The notes below the pieces were generated by a model. That model ran no database searches and was not told the origin of the DNA. It saw only the letters and a program-made list of their open reading frames with translations. Position numbers and translations under genes: made by a program. Shown here piece after piece: positions 12,088 through 22,578 of a stretch of DNA of 64,000 nucleotides. Each line of letters opens with the position of its first letter. Position 1 is the first letter of the stretch. The DNA comes from an uncultured Methanosarcinaceae archaeon (GTDB lineage: Archaea > Halobacteriota > Methanosarcinia > Methanosarcinales > Methanosarcinaceae): NCBI GenBank assembly GCA_963733675.1, contig CAVTET010000015.1, positions 10,888 through 74,887 of the forward strand. The letters are read 5' to 3'.

Positions 12088-12462
12088 TTGTTTTGGATTA
12101 AACGTAATGTAGGAAGTATTGAAATAGTACTTAATGCAAAGAAGATTGGGAATGACTACCTTGTGACTCTTACAGGAGGTAGGGATCATGTCGGAGCTGT
12201 TGCCATAGGTTTTTTTGATGAAAAAAGCCAAAGAGCAAGCTCTTCGGTGATAACAATACCTGGCCATAGGGAAGAGCAGCTTGCCCTGAAAAGTGCAAGA
12301 CAGGTTAGCATAGCCACGAAGAAAACAACTATATTTATTGCTGGTATCCATAAGGATAATATCAACCATGAGGATATCAAAAATATAGTTTCAGTCGCAT
12401 GTGAAATGGTAGAAGATTTGATCACTTACGTGAAAAGACAAAAACTAACAGGACGAAACTGA
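12088..12462 (+). CDS. LpdD-like prenylated-flavin chaperone (putative)
   Basis: GNDYLVTLTGGRDHVGAVAIG, PGHREEQLA and AGIHKDNI motifs; stop overlaps the ubiX start (TGATG at 12460-12464). Confidence 0.65.
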   Translation: MFWIKRNVGSIEIVLNAKKIGNDYLVTLTGGRDHVGAVAIGFFDEKSQRASSSVITIPGHREEQLALKSARQVSIATKKTTIFIAGIHKDNINHEDIKNIVSVACEMVEDLITYVKRQKLTGRN

Positions 12463-13025
12463 TGGTAGAAATAACGGTGGGAATTAGCGGAGCTTCAGGG
12501 GTTCGGTATGGAATCCGCCTTCTTGAAATATTGGCGGAAAAAGGGATTAAAACTCACCTGATTTTGACCGATGTTGCAATTCAGATAATAGAACTCGAAA
12601 CTGATTACACTCCCTCAGCGGTGTTAAAGCTTGCAACCTGGAATTATTCCCCTAAAGACTTTTCAGCTCCGGTAGCAAGCGGCTCTTATAGGGTAGCAGG
12701 AATGGTTATTGCTCCCTGCAGCATGAAAACTCTTGGTGCAGTAGCAAACGGGATATCTGATAATCTTCTTACGAGGGCCGCAGAAGTTTGTCTTAAAGAA
12801 GAGAGGAAGCTTATTTTAATGACTAGAGAAACTCCGCTTAGTCTCCCACATCTTGAAAATATGCTTCAGGCCAAAAAGGCAGGAGCAAGCATTCTTCCAG
12901 CCTGTCCAGGCTTCTATTCAAAGCCTAAAACCCTCGAAGATCTAATAGATATAATGGTAGGAAGAGCTCTTGACATTCTGGGGATCGAAAACTGTATTTA
13001 TCAGCGATGGGGTGAAGGCAAATAA
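12462..13025 (+). CDS. ubiX: Flavin prenyltransferase UbiX
   Basis: VGISGASG, APVASGS, APCSMKTLG, NLLTRAAEVCLKEERKLILMTRETPL, PGFY. Confidence 0.95.
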   Translation: MVEITVGISGASGVRYGIRLLEILAEKGIKTHLILTDVAIQIIELETDYTPSAVLKLATWNYSPKDFSAPVASGSYRVAGMVIAPCSMKTLGAVANGISDNLLTRAAEVCLKEERKLILMTRETPLSLPHLENMLQAKKAGASILPACPGFYSKPKTLEDLIDIMVGRALDILGIENCIYQRWGEGK

Positions 13026-13089
13026 ATTATGGGAAAAATAACTTCTGGAAAAATCTAGAAATTGGAATACTTCACTAACCCGTAATCGA

Positions 13090-13731
13090 TGGTTTCAAAA
13101 ATAGATTTACTTCTTATAGCCTAATTAAATGATGATTGTAAGTATATATGTTCTTTTTAAATGTGTACTTCATTTCATCGTTTTTGATTTATTTTCTTGA
13201 GGTTTATCCATTTTTGCATACCCCATAACTAAATGAATAAAAGTAGCGTCTTGAATCAGTCTCTTTTTCATTTTCAAACAAGGCAATTAAGTTGGCTTTT
13301 CAATTATCACCATATTTATTTCTTCTTTGCAGTTATCAACAATTCTTTTTCTGAATGATCAGACTGTTGTACTTTTTGGCATGTACTCAGGAAAACCAAG
13401 AAATTTCTCTAATTAAATTCGATAAATACTTTGTTTCTCAAGTTCAAAATCGTCATGCCATTTATGTGAACCAATCATTTTAATCATAAAGATTATCTCA
13501 GGTTTAAGTCTCTTCATTAAGCTGTTTTGTTCAAAGACATGGATGAAAAATGATACGAACAGATCTCCAATCAATTAAAAAAATCAATTTCAGCAAGTTT
13601 GGATCCAACTGACTAAAATGTTTGTATTCTTCTTTAAGAGTAAACTCATTAAAAGTTTTCATTAGTAAAAATTAATGTTCAGGATTTAAACTAGCCAATA
13701 TTCAAATGTATAGGATTTTATCGAAATCCTC
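13090..13731 (-). mobile_element. Decayed IS5-family element whose TIR matches the MITE family
   Basis: Minus-strand remnants (FTLKEEYK, LAEID, KFLGFPEYMPKSTTV, IQDATFIH); left TIR GAGGATTTCGATAAAATCC at 13731-13713. Confidence 0.7.
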
Positions 13732-13855
13732 TCTAACTATAAAATAGTGTAAACTAGTAATAGATATTTGGATCAAAATCGGATTGTAGAACCTTAAATT
13801 GTGAAGACAGTTAGTGGAAAATTATATATATGACAATCTCATATGGGCTCCTGCT

Positions 13856-14170
13856 ATGGAGCTGACTATTCATGAAAAACATTTGTTACTTCTCAGATAG
13901 CACATGTTCATAGAATGGCTGAGTTTATAATTGGTACTTGCAGATCCAGGCATTGTTGTAATGGTGGTGGACAATGTATGACTAAGAGAGATATCCCCTT
14001 TAAAAAGCTCTACACTGCAGTTGGTAAACTCTTCACAGTAATGGTTTTAGCCTTTTGCAGAACCCGCATTGCACACTACTTTTCAAGCCAGGAAAAACAG
14101 ATATAGAAGGCGCTTATGCTGCAAATATAATTATTGACAGTTATTCGGTTGTTTGTTAGGTTTTCCCATA
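13856..14170 (+). pseudogene. NRAMP-family divalent metal transporter remnant (internally deleted)
   Basis: One frame from ATG 13856 reads MELTIHEKHLLLLR*HMFIEWLSL*LVLADPGIVVMVVDNV*, resembling NRAMP TM1 GPGxxxxxxDND; lies just upstream of an MgtE-like gene. Confidence 0.6.
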
Positions 14171-14554
14171 GAACTCTTAGATGTCATTTTAAAGTTATAT
14201 AAATCACTGGCAAGCTATAACCAATAAGAGAGCCATCTAAATGGCTGATTTCATCAATAAAAACTTTAAGAAGTGGCGTTTTTCAGGAAATGTTTAAATA
14301 CACGAGAATGACGTGGTTGACAACAATGTGAAGAGATTAAATTGATGCATGTCCGAGAAGGGCCAGATAAGTTATATTGCAAGAGAGGGGAGAGAAAAAG
14401 CAACAATCTCAGTCAGAAATACAGCAAAACATGCTTGAAGATGAAGCCTTTTGTAGGGTTTTAATTCTTACTCTCAGACTTTATCTAATAAATGCCGGTA
14501 ATAATTTTGATCTATAATTTATAAACACTTGTAAAGTAAATAGGAGGTGGAAAT

Positions 14555-15262
14555 ATGGAGAACGAATCCAAAAAAAAAATAAATGAGAGTATCTTTTTTT
14601 TGAGCGAAATGGTGGGGACAAAAATAATTCTCAACGGCAAAAAAATAGGGAAATTATTAGACCTCATTATAATTGAAAAGGACAAGGTAGCAGAGGCCAC
14701 ACACATCGTGGTAAGTAGACCGTTTGGCTATCCCTCATTAATGGTACCTTGGGGCAATGTCAGTTCATTCGATGAAATGACTATCAATATAAGTCTCGAT
14801 AATGTGGAAAAATTCGCCTGCAAAGTTCCTGTGGGATTTATCCTTCTTAAGGATTATGTTCTAGATAAGAAAATTCAAGATATAGAAGGTACAGATGTTA
14901 AAGTTGTATACGATATAAAGATGGTACTAAGGAAAAACAAACTCTATGTCACCGATGTGGATCCATCTGAAAATGCGCTATTTCGGAGGTTGGGTCTTGA
15001 GAAATTTGTGAATTTGATCCACAGGAAATACGACAAAAGTAAGAACATGCTCATCCCCTGGTTCTATGTTCAAGCCCTTCCTCCAAATATTGGAAGTTTT
15101 ACCGGCGATGTAAAGTTAAATATATTGAAGGAGAAACTGAACTATCTTCCACCTGTGGACATTGCAGAAATTCTGGAATAGTTTGGTCACTCGCAAGGGC
15201 TGACTGTCATCAATCAGCTAGCTGCAGAAAATGCTTATGATACCTTAAAGGAATTGGCCTTA
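14555..15262 (+). pseudogene. PRC-barrel / MgtE N-terminal domain protein, truncated (no CBS domains)
   Basis: GGAGG SD; two PRC-barrel-like segments; LPPVDIAEILE followed by TAG, after which MgtE_N-like sequence continues briefly (FGHSQGLTVINQLAAENAYDTLKEL). Confidence 0.7.
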
Positions 15263-16318
15263 ATATGTAAAGTTAGATTCTCATAGTCTTAGAGTGAAAA
15301 TTCAGTCAGTTTTCATAATTTCACATAAAGTTATTAGGACTGTTTTGTTCTTCCCATATTTTATGGCCCACCTGAAGTTAGGATCTAAGTTCGTCGCTGC
15401 AATCACTACTGCCATTTAGTTGAAATGAAAATCCAACTATTTTTTACCTATTTTACAATTGGCGACTTTTCCACTACGTCTTTTTTTTTCTATAAAAAAA
15501 CACAAATTGTATTTGCTCAGTATTTCACAGCATTTTAGAGTTGTTCGATTCTTTTATGTCCTTATTTCACAATGAATGCAATATAATTTGTTTGTTGTTC
15601 AGCCATACAATTCGATAAATATTTTAAATTAAAAAAAACGAGTGTTATAAAAATGATTTTCTTCCCCCCACATAGCTGCATTTTAACAAAAATTAAAATA
15701 TTGTGACAATCCGATTTGTTGTTAAATAAAATATATTTATAAAGTTAACAAGTTGATTTAATATATAACTACTATAACTACCTATATTGTTTACATCTAT
15801 AGATTGTCATTATTTGGAAATTAATTAATGTTTATTTCATAAAATAATAAAGATATTATTTATTCTGTAACCCTGCAAAATGTCCAGGAAATTGTATGAA
15901 AGATCTGTAATCTCCCATTATAACAGTAAGCTTTTACTACTGTCGTAGCTGTCAATGCTATATACAATATCATAAGTCTGATAGCAATTAGCTTCTTAGA
16001 CATGATACTTATTATATAATCCTAAGTTAAAAATTTTTAGCAAAATAAATATGTTAATTATCATATATCCATTGATGAAATTTATAATGTTCGTTTTGGT
16101 ATATAATTGGGTGTATAGTTAGCATAGTTTCGCTAAAGCTCTAGATTAATCTAATCTCGAAATATATTTTAGAATGACCCACTGTAACCCAATGAAACTG
16201 ATAAATCCTGGTTTTTGTGATGAATAAAAGCTGCACTTTTAAGAATCATACCAATAATCCTTTGCATATAGGTAATTGATCGTTAGTAATATATTCATAT
16301 AATGACATTTTGGGAAAT

Positions 16319-17497
16319 ATGAAAGCATGCATCATGTGTGGTGGTACCGGAACAAGGCTTAGACCACTGACTTTTAAATATCCTAAACCGAGCATACCGA
16401 TCATAAATATACCATCCGTTTTACATTTGATAGAGCATCTATCGCGAGAAGGTTTCAATGAAATAATTATTACACTTGGATATATGGGAGAGCACATAGA
16501 AGAACAGCTTGGAGATGGGCATATATTCGGGGTGCATATAGATTACGTTTATGAGAAAGAAAAGCTTGGAACTGCAGGAGGGGTTAAAAATGCCGAAAAA
16601 TATTTAAAAAATGAACCATTTATCGTGGTTGGTGGGGACCATGTCCTTGACCTGAATCTTAGAGAGATGTACCGTTTCCATGAAGCTAACGATGCTCAAG
16701 TGACCATAGGTCTTCTGTCGATTGATGACCCAAGAGAGTTTGGAATTGTAGATATGGATATTAACAACCGGATCCATCGTTTCTTGGAAAAACCGACGAC
16801 AGGTCAGATATTTAGCAATCTTGCGAGTACAGGCATCTATATTTGCACTCCTTCTATTTTTGAATGGATACCTGAAAACAAAAAGTACGATTTTGCAAAA
16901 GATCTCTTTCCATCCATGCTTGCAGCCAATGTAAAAATTCACGGAATGCTTGTTAGGGGAAAATGGACTGATGTGGGAAGTTCAGCGGCTTATAGACAAG
17001 CACAGCGCTGGATGCTTGATGAACTTCCAGGAACAACAATTGAAGGGAATTTCACAACCAGAAATGCTAGAATACGAGGTCCTCTATCTATCGGACACAA
17101 TGTATCGGTAGGTTCCAATTCTTCACTTGTAGGACCAATAGCCATCGGAAAAAAAACAACAATAGGAAAGAATGTCCTTATTGGACCTTACAGTGTTATA
17201 GGCTCAAATTGCACGATTGGTAACTATGCAAAGATTTTTTCATCTTCTCTTTTTGATAATGTGAACATAGGGAAATATTCGAATATTTCGGGAGCTGTGG
17301 TGGCAGATGAAACAATTGTAGGAGATAATTGTTACCTTGAAAATGGAACTTTAATCGGGCATAAAGTTGTTGTAGGGAACAATTCTATCATCCATTCGGG
17401 AGTCAAAGTCTGGCCGGAAATAAAGATAGATCAGAACTCAAGCATAAAAGAAACTTTAATCAACTCTGATTATGACATTAATTGTGAAAGTTCCTGA
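16319..17497 (+). CDS. NDP-sugar pyrophosphorylase (mannose-1-phosphate guanylyltransferase-like) with left-handed beta-helix C-terminus
   Basis: MKACIMCGGTGTRLRPLT..PKP, EKLGTAGGV, FLEKP, W-x-DVG, hexapeptide repeats; ATG at 16319 preferred over TTG at 16310. Confidence 0.92.
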   Translation: MKACIMCGGTGTRLRPLTFKYPKPSIPIINIPSVLHLIEHLSREGFNEIIITLGYMGEHIEEQLGDGHIFGVHIDYVYEKEKLGTAGGVKNAEKYLKNEPFIVVGGDHVLDLNLREMYRFHEANDAQVTIGLLSIDDPREFGIVDMDINNRIHRFLEKPTTGQIFSNLASTGIYICTPSIFEWIPENKKYDFAKDLFPSMLAANVKIHGMLVRGKWTDVGSSAAYRQAQRWMLDELPGTTIEGNFTTRNARIRGPLSIGHNVSVGSNSSLVGPIAIGKKTTIGKNVLIGPYSVIGSNCTIGNYAKIFSSSLFDNVNIGKYSNISGAVVADETIVGDNCYLENGTLIGHKVVVGNNSIIHSGVKVWPEIKIDQNSSIKETLINSDYDINCESS

Positions 17498-17921
17498 GAT
17501 ATAGGCCTTAACGAATCGAAACTGGAATAAAGGTTAAAGTGAATATCAAATGAGGAATATAATAATTAATTATATATCACATAGTCACAAGATTATATGC
17601 AGAAATTGTCCCGGATACGTATACGAGTCAATTTTGGATTCATAAATTGAATTTTTCAGAACAAGATAAACTTTTAGGAATCCAAATTAATTTTTTCATA
17701 TTCTGCGGCTTTTACAGGCTTTGAATATTTTTTAGTTAATAGAAAAACTCGTACCCTAATTTTTTTTGAGATTATTCTCTTATTTTTTAATATACAACTA
17801 ATTTAATGAAAAATTTTTGAAAATGATTCTGGAAATATTTTTTTAACAAAGTAGACATACCCTGAGACGGCAAATTTATCAGGGTTCTAGCTTCAATTCA
17901 TTCCTTTTTTTGCTAATGACC

Positions 17922-19538
17922 TCAATGTAGAAAGTGACGCATACCTGTGAAAATCATGGCAACTCCCAGAAGATTTGCTGTAGCTATAACTTCACGGTCC
18001 CGGATTGATCCTCCAGGAGAAATTATATAGCGAATGTTATTTTCTGCTGCATGGATTATACTGTCATCAAATGGGAAAAAAGCATCAGAAGCCATAACAC
18101 ATTCAGACATAGTCTTCTGGCAATACTCCTGAAAGGATATATCCGGTTTATTTCGTCCATAGATTACCCTCAGATTTTCTATAGCCTTTGTGGCTGCAAG
18201 TTTGCGAATTGAGTCAACCCTATTCGGCTGACCTGCACCTATAGACAGTACCATGAAAAATCCTGGATTATATTCGTGAGCAAGGACTATTGCATTGGAT
18301 TTGGTTGCTTTACAGGCTTTAAGGCAAAATTTTGAGAGAGAATTTTTGGATTCAGGATAAGGAATGTCGGTTACTGACTCCCATTTTTCATAGAGTCCGG
18401 TGTCGCGGCTTTGCTTGAGCATGCCACCGATTATATATTTATATGTGTACTTAGTCCCTAAATCTTTTCTGAGCTCCGGCAGCTTTAGGAGTCTCAAATT
18501 TTCACTTTTGTTTTTAAGGTATTCAAAGGCATCTGGATTAAAGTCAGGAGCAAGAATAATCTCCACAAATTTTTCATTCAAAATAGTAGCACTTTCCAGG
18601 TCAAAAATTTCATTCGTGCAGATTATACTTCCGTAAGCTGAAATTGGGTCTCCATCCCAAGCAGCGTTAAGAGCTTGAATAAGTGTGTTTCCAGTAGCAA
18701 GTCCGCAGGGATTATTATGTTTCACGATTGCCACTGCTGGGAAGGCGTTTCCAAGTTCTATGACAGTCTGAAGGGCATTGTCGGCATCAACATAATTGTT
18801 ATAGGATAGTTCCTTTCCATGTAGCTGAGTGGCTTTTGCTAGGCTAGGACCTTTAATTTTTGGTTCCTTGTAGAAGTAGGCTTCTTGGTGCCAGTTTTCT
18901 CCATAGCGAAGTTTCACACCGTCAGTAAACTTCAGGTGGAGTACGTTTTCTCCGAGCAATGTACTGCTCAGGTAAGAATCGATAACAGCATCATAATCAG
19001 CAGTGTGCCTAAAGGCCTTGACCGCAAGGGCAGCTCGGGTCGCATCAGAGACTACCCCATTTGAGCGTAATTCTTTAAGGATGTGTCCGTAATCTGCTGG
19101 ATCGGAGAGTACAGTCACAGAACGGTAGTTCTTGGCTGCAGAACGAAGAAGTGTTGGACCTCCAATGTCTATATTTTCGATGGCTTCTTCCAGTTCCACA
19201 CCCCTTTTTGATGCCGTCATCTCAAAGGGATAAAGGTTTACAGCTATAAGATCAATAAGTGAGATATCTTCTTTTACAGCCTCTGCTATCTGTTCCTTGC
19301 TGTCCCGTAGACATAAAAGCCCACCATGAATTTTTGGATGAAGAGTCTTGACTCTCCCTCCCATCATTTCTGGATAGCCTGTTACTTCCGAAACATCGAT
19401 AATTCCAATGCCTGCGCCGCGTAGAATTTTTGCTGTTCCGCCTGTTGAAATGATCTTCACACCAAGTGATTCAAGCCCGCGTGCGAATTCTGCAATTCCT
19501 GTTTTATCTGAGACGCTGAGCAATGCTCTTTTTACCAA
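17922..19538 (-). CDS. purH: Bifunctional AICAR transformylase / IMP cyclohydrolase
   Basis: RALLSVSDKTG, GRVKTLHP, ENIDIGGPT, LRYGENWHQ, KHNNPCG, ASDAFFPF, TGMRHFLH. Confidence 0.97.
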   Translation of the reverse strand: MVKRALLSVSDKTGIAEFARGLESLGVKIISTGGTAKILRGAGIGIIDVSEVTGYPEMMGGRVKTLHPKIHGGLLCLRDSKEQIAEAVKEDISLIDLIAVNLYPFEMTASKRGVELEEAIENIDIGGPTLLRSAAKNYRSVTVLSDPADYGHILKELRSNGVVSDATRAALAVKAFRHTADYDAVIDSYLSSTLLGENVLHLKFTDGVKLRYGENWHQEAYFYKEPKIKGPSLAKATQLHGKELSYNNYVDADNALQTVIELGNAFPAVAIVKHNNPCGLATGNTLIQALNAAWDGDPISAYGSIICTNEIFDLESATILNEKFVEIILAPDFNPDAFEYLKNKSENLRLLKLPELRKDLGTKYTYKYIIGGMLKQSRDTGLYEKWESVTDIPYPESKNSLSKFCLKACKATKSNAIVLAHEYNPGFFMVLSIGAGQPNRVDSIRKLAATKAIENLRVIYGRNKPDISFQEYCQKTMSECVMASDAFFPFDDSIIHAAENNIRYIISPGGSIRDREVIATANLLGVAMIFTGMRHFLH

Positions 19539-19679
19539 AAAATCACCAATATAAATAATTTAAAAATTATTAGCTATAAAACTTCTGGTTTACACATTAT
19601 TTAATCATAATGTAAATTTTTTCCTGAGAAAATTGGACTTTGGAACACCATATTTGGTTTTTTTTTAGTTGGATTTATC

Positions 19680-20230
19680 GGTTCTGTAGTAATCCTTAAT
19701 TTAATTCAAATTATTTTTACTATCATTTATATTTACATTATAGGCTGTCCGTTTAAATTTCACTTATTTGATTTGATTATGGAACTTTCTATTTCGAAGT
19801 ACTCTCTAAACTTCCTTTTGAAAACAAAGAACTTTGTCTTAGTCATATTTCTTTGATTGTATTTTAATATTATCAAAGATTTAATCTAGCTGTCTTCTAT
19901 ATTTCCCAAAATTTTCTTTCCCTTTCTTTTTTATACAGGTCTGGTTAGTCTGCTTTTTCGGAAGCGTATCCTTTATCCGTCACACACTATTAAGATTTTC
20001 TTTTATCCTATTTGATTGTCTTATCAGAGAATTTGCATGTTTGATTTCGATATATTTTTTTGACTAATTTTACATTCTTAATACTAACTTTTTAGCTTTT
20101 TGGATTGATATTGAAATTTTCAAGGAACTCCTTCGTAGCTTCCCTGTTTTGCGGGAATAATAATAACTGTCTCAGAACTTGTAATTCCGGCTATATTAAT
20201 TGCCGTAAAATAGATTATTTATACATGTGA
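19680..20230 (-). mobile_element. Decayed IS5-family element (second subtype)
   Basis: Minus-strand remnants TAINIAGITSS...RRSSLKISISI...KHANSLIRQSNR...TDKGYASEK; terminal GGTTCTGTAGTAATCC at 19680. Confidence 0.6.
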
Positions 20231-20242
20231 GTAAAAAACGTT

Positions 20243-20627
20243 AGAGTTTTTGATAAAAGAAGGTTAAACAGATATGAGAGAATTCTGGATACAAACTTTT
20301 GATGAGTAGTGAAATTGGGAGTCTTATTAAGATCTAGTTTTTATTCTATTTATCGTTCATTAGGTCAATAAATTATAAAAAAAATCGTGATATTCTGTAC
20401 TAATATATTCATTCAACAAAATCTGAACAAGAAGTTGATGCTGGGTATAAACATGTTCGGAATATTTGCCGGAATAAATTTCACAAGTTTATCTGCAACT
20501 AACTGAAGAAGTGTATATTTATCTTGAAGAGCAAAATCAATAAGATTTTTCATGAATAAAAAAAACTCAATGTTAAGTGATTTAAACTCTCCAAAACTCA
20601 AATGTATAAGAGTTTATCGAAATTCTC
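20243..20627 (-). mobile_element. Internally deleted IS5-family derivative (MITE-type TIRs)
   Basis: Left end nearly matches 13701-13731; retains transposase N-terminus MKNLIDFALQDKYTLLQLVADKL; degenerate TIR GAGTTTTTGATAAA near 20244. Confidence 0.6.
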
Positions 20628-20802
20628 TACAATAACCTCAGTTTTCTTTGTTAACTCAAAAATTAATTTCGAAAGTAATTTTTCACTATAAATAATAGGG
20701 TTTTTGTACTCTAATGCTAGAATAAAGGAAAAACTAATAAAGGAGTAAAAGTTCAATTTGATATAGATTCCATTAATCAAAAATCAGGTAAAAGGTAAAA
20801 AT

Positions 20803-22086
20803 ATGGTTTCAAAGGACCTTCCCTTCACCAAAGAGAAAATTCTTGAAATAATTAAAAAGCATCCTACTCCTTTTCATATCTATGATGAAAAAGCTATTCT
20901 GGAAAATGCCAGAAAAATGAAAGCAGCCTTCGGGAAAGTTTCAGGCTTCAAGGAGTTTTTTGCCGTAAAAGCTCTCCCAAACCCCTTTATTCTCAAAATT
21001 CTCAAGAAAGAAGGTTTCGGTGTGGATTGCAGTTCTCTGCCTGAGTTAATCCTTGCTGAAAAAGTGGGACTAATTGGTGAAGATATTATGTTCAGCTCAA
21101 ACGACACTCCTTTCGAAGAGTTTATAAAAGCGAGAGATATTGGGGCCTATATTAACCTTGATGATATAAACCATGTTGATTATCTGAAAAAATATGCCGG
21201 ACTTCCGAAAGTTATCTGCTTCAGGTACAATCCAGGTCCTCTTAAAAGAGGAAATCTCATCATAGGAAAACCGGAAGAGGCAAAATATGGACTTACGAGA
21301 GACCAGCTTTTTGAAGGCTACCGCATACTCAGAGATAGGGGAGTTAAGCGTTTTGGAATGCATACGATGGTTGCCTCGAACGAGCTAGACCCTGATTATT
21401 TTGTGGAAACCGCAAGAATACTTTTTGAACTCATAGTTGAAATCTCAAAGGAATTAGATATAACTTTTGAATTTGTGAACCTTGGTGGCGGCATAGGAAT
21501 TCCCTATCTGCCAAATCAGGATCCAGTCTCCTTTGAAACTGTGGCTGAAGGTGTCAACGAATCCTATGCTTCCATAATCACTGCAAACGGACTATCTCCA
21601 CTCAAAGTCTTCCTGGAATGTGGCCGAGTTATCACAGGTCCCTATGGCTATCTTATTTCCCAGGTAAGGCATCTCAAACATACTTATAAAGATTATGTTG
21701 GAATGGACTCTTGTATGGCAAACTTGATGCGCCCTGGAATATACGGAGCCTATCATCATATAACCGTTCTAGGTAAAGAAAAGGAAGATGCTATCCATAA
21801 GTATGATGTAACTGGTTCTCTATGCGAAAATAATGATAAGTTCGCTGTCGATAGGCTCCTTCCTGAGATCGAAATTGGTGATATCCTTGCAATTCACGAT
21901 GCTGGAGCTCACGGGCACTCCATGGGTTTCAATTACAACGGAAAACTCAGGTCTGCTGAACTTCTTTTAAGAGTAGATGGTAGCGTTGTGCAGATAAGGA
22001 GATCTGAAACTATTGAAGATTATTTTGCAACTCTTGATTTCGAAGCCCTGAATAATTTCAAGGTAGATGTTGGTTTGTTAGAATAG
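20803..22086 (+). CDS. lysA: Diaminopimelate decarboxylase
   Basis: PTPFHIYDE, FFAVKALPN (PLP lysine), NLGGGIGIPY, ECGR, GSLCENNDKF, GAHGHSMGFNYNGKLR. Confidence 0.93.
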   Translation: MVSKDLPFTKEKILEIIKKHPTPFHIYDEKAILENARKMKAAFGKVSGFKEFFAVKALPNPFILKILKKEGFGVDCSSLPELILAEKVGLIGEDIMFSSNDTPFEEFIKARDIGAYINLDDINHVDYLKKYAGLPKVICFRYNPGPLKRGNLIIGKPEEAKYGLTRDQLFEGYRILRDRGVKRFGMHTMVASNELDPDYFVETARILFELIVEISKELDITFEFVNLGGGIGIPYLPNQDPVSFETVAEGVNESYASIITANGLSPLKVFLECGRVITGPYGYLISQVRHLKHTYKDYVGMDSCMANLMRPGIYGAYHHITVLGKEKEDAIHKYDVTGSLCENNDKFAVDRLLPEIEIGDILAIHDAGAHGHSMGFNYNGKLRSAELLLRVDGSVVQIRRSETIEDYFATLDFEALNNFKVDVGLLE

Positions 22087-22578
22087 GACTATATAACAAA
22101 ATGGTTTTATTATATATATTTTTATAAATATGTCAAATTTAAATACTAATACAGTTAATCGGGGTCAAAAATTCACTAATAAAACTGAATCAATTATTTT
22201 TTTTGCCAATATTTAGGATTAGTTAGTTCCAGGAGTTGCGAAAAACCTTCGAAAGGGTTCTCTTTATGTTTTATCCAAAAGAAGGAAAAGTACTCGTTTT
22301 CATAATATTGATCAATAACTGATGGATAAGAGCAAAAGTACAAAAATTACTTTTAATTTATGAATTATTAATTTTAATTTCTAAATTTTTAATGTGGATT
22401 TTTAATCAAAAAGATGTTTTTCACTTTAATGCTTAAAGAGATATCCATGGCTACATCTGTATCTATAATTTTTAAACAAAAAGCTGTAGCTACTGCAGAA
22501 CAAAGAATAAGGTTCTCGATGCAGATATTTGTTGCTGCTGCAGATTCTACGAAAATAACTGGGTCATATACTTTTTAT

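Noticed and set aside
13846-14015. M-box (ykoK) riboswitch look-alike: GGCTCCTGCTATGGAG ... AAAGCTCTAC about 165 nt apart, near an MgtE-like gene
   Set aside because: The interior lacks the M-box core and instead translates as an NRAMP N-terminus starting at the ATG inside the motif.
22084-22100. lysA ends in TAG (possible pyrrolysine readthrough)
   Set aside because: The protein is already complete and an in-frame TAA follows within a few codons.
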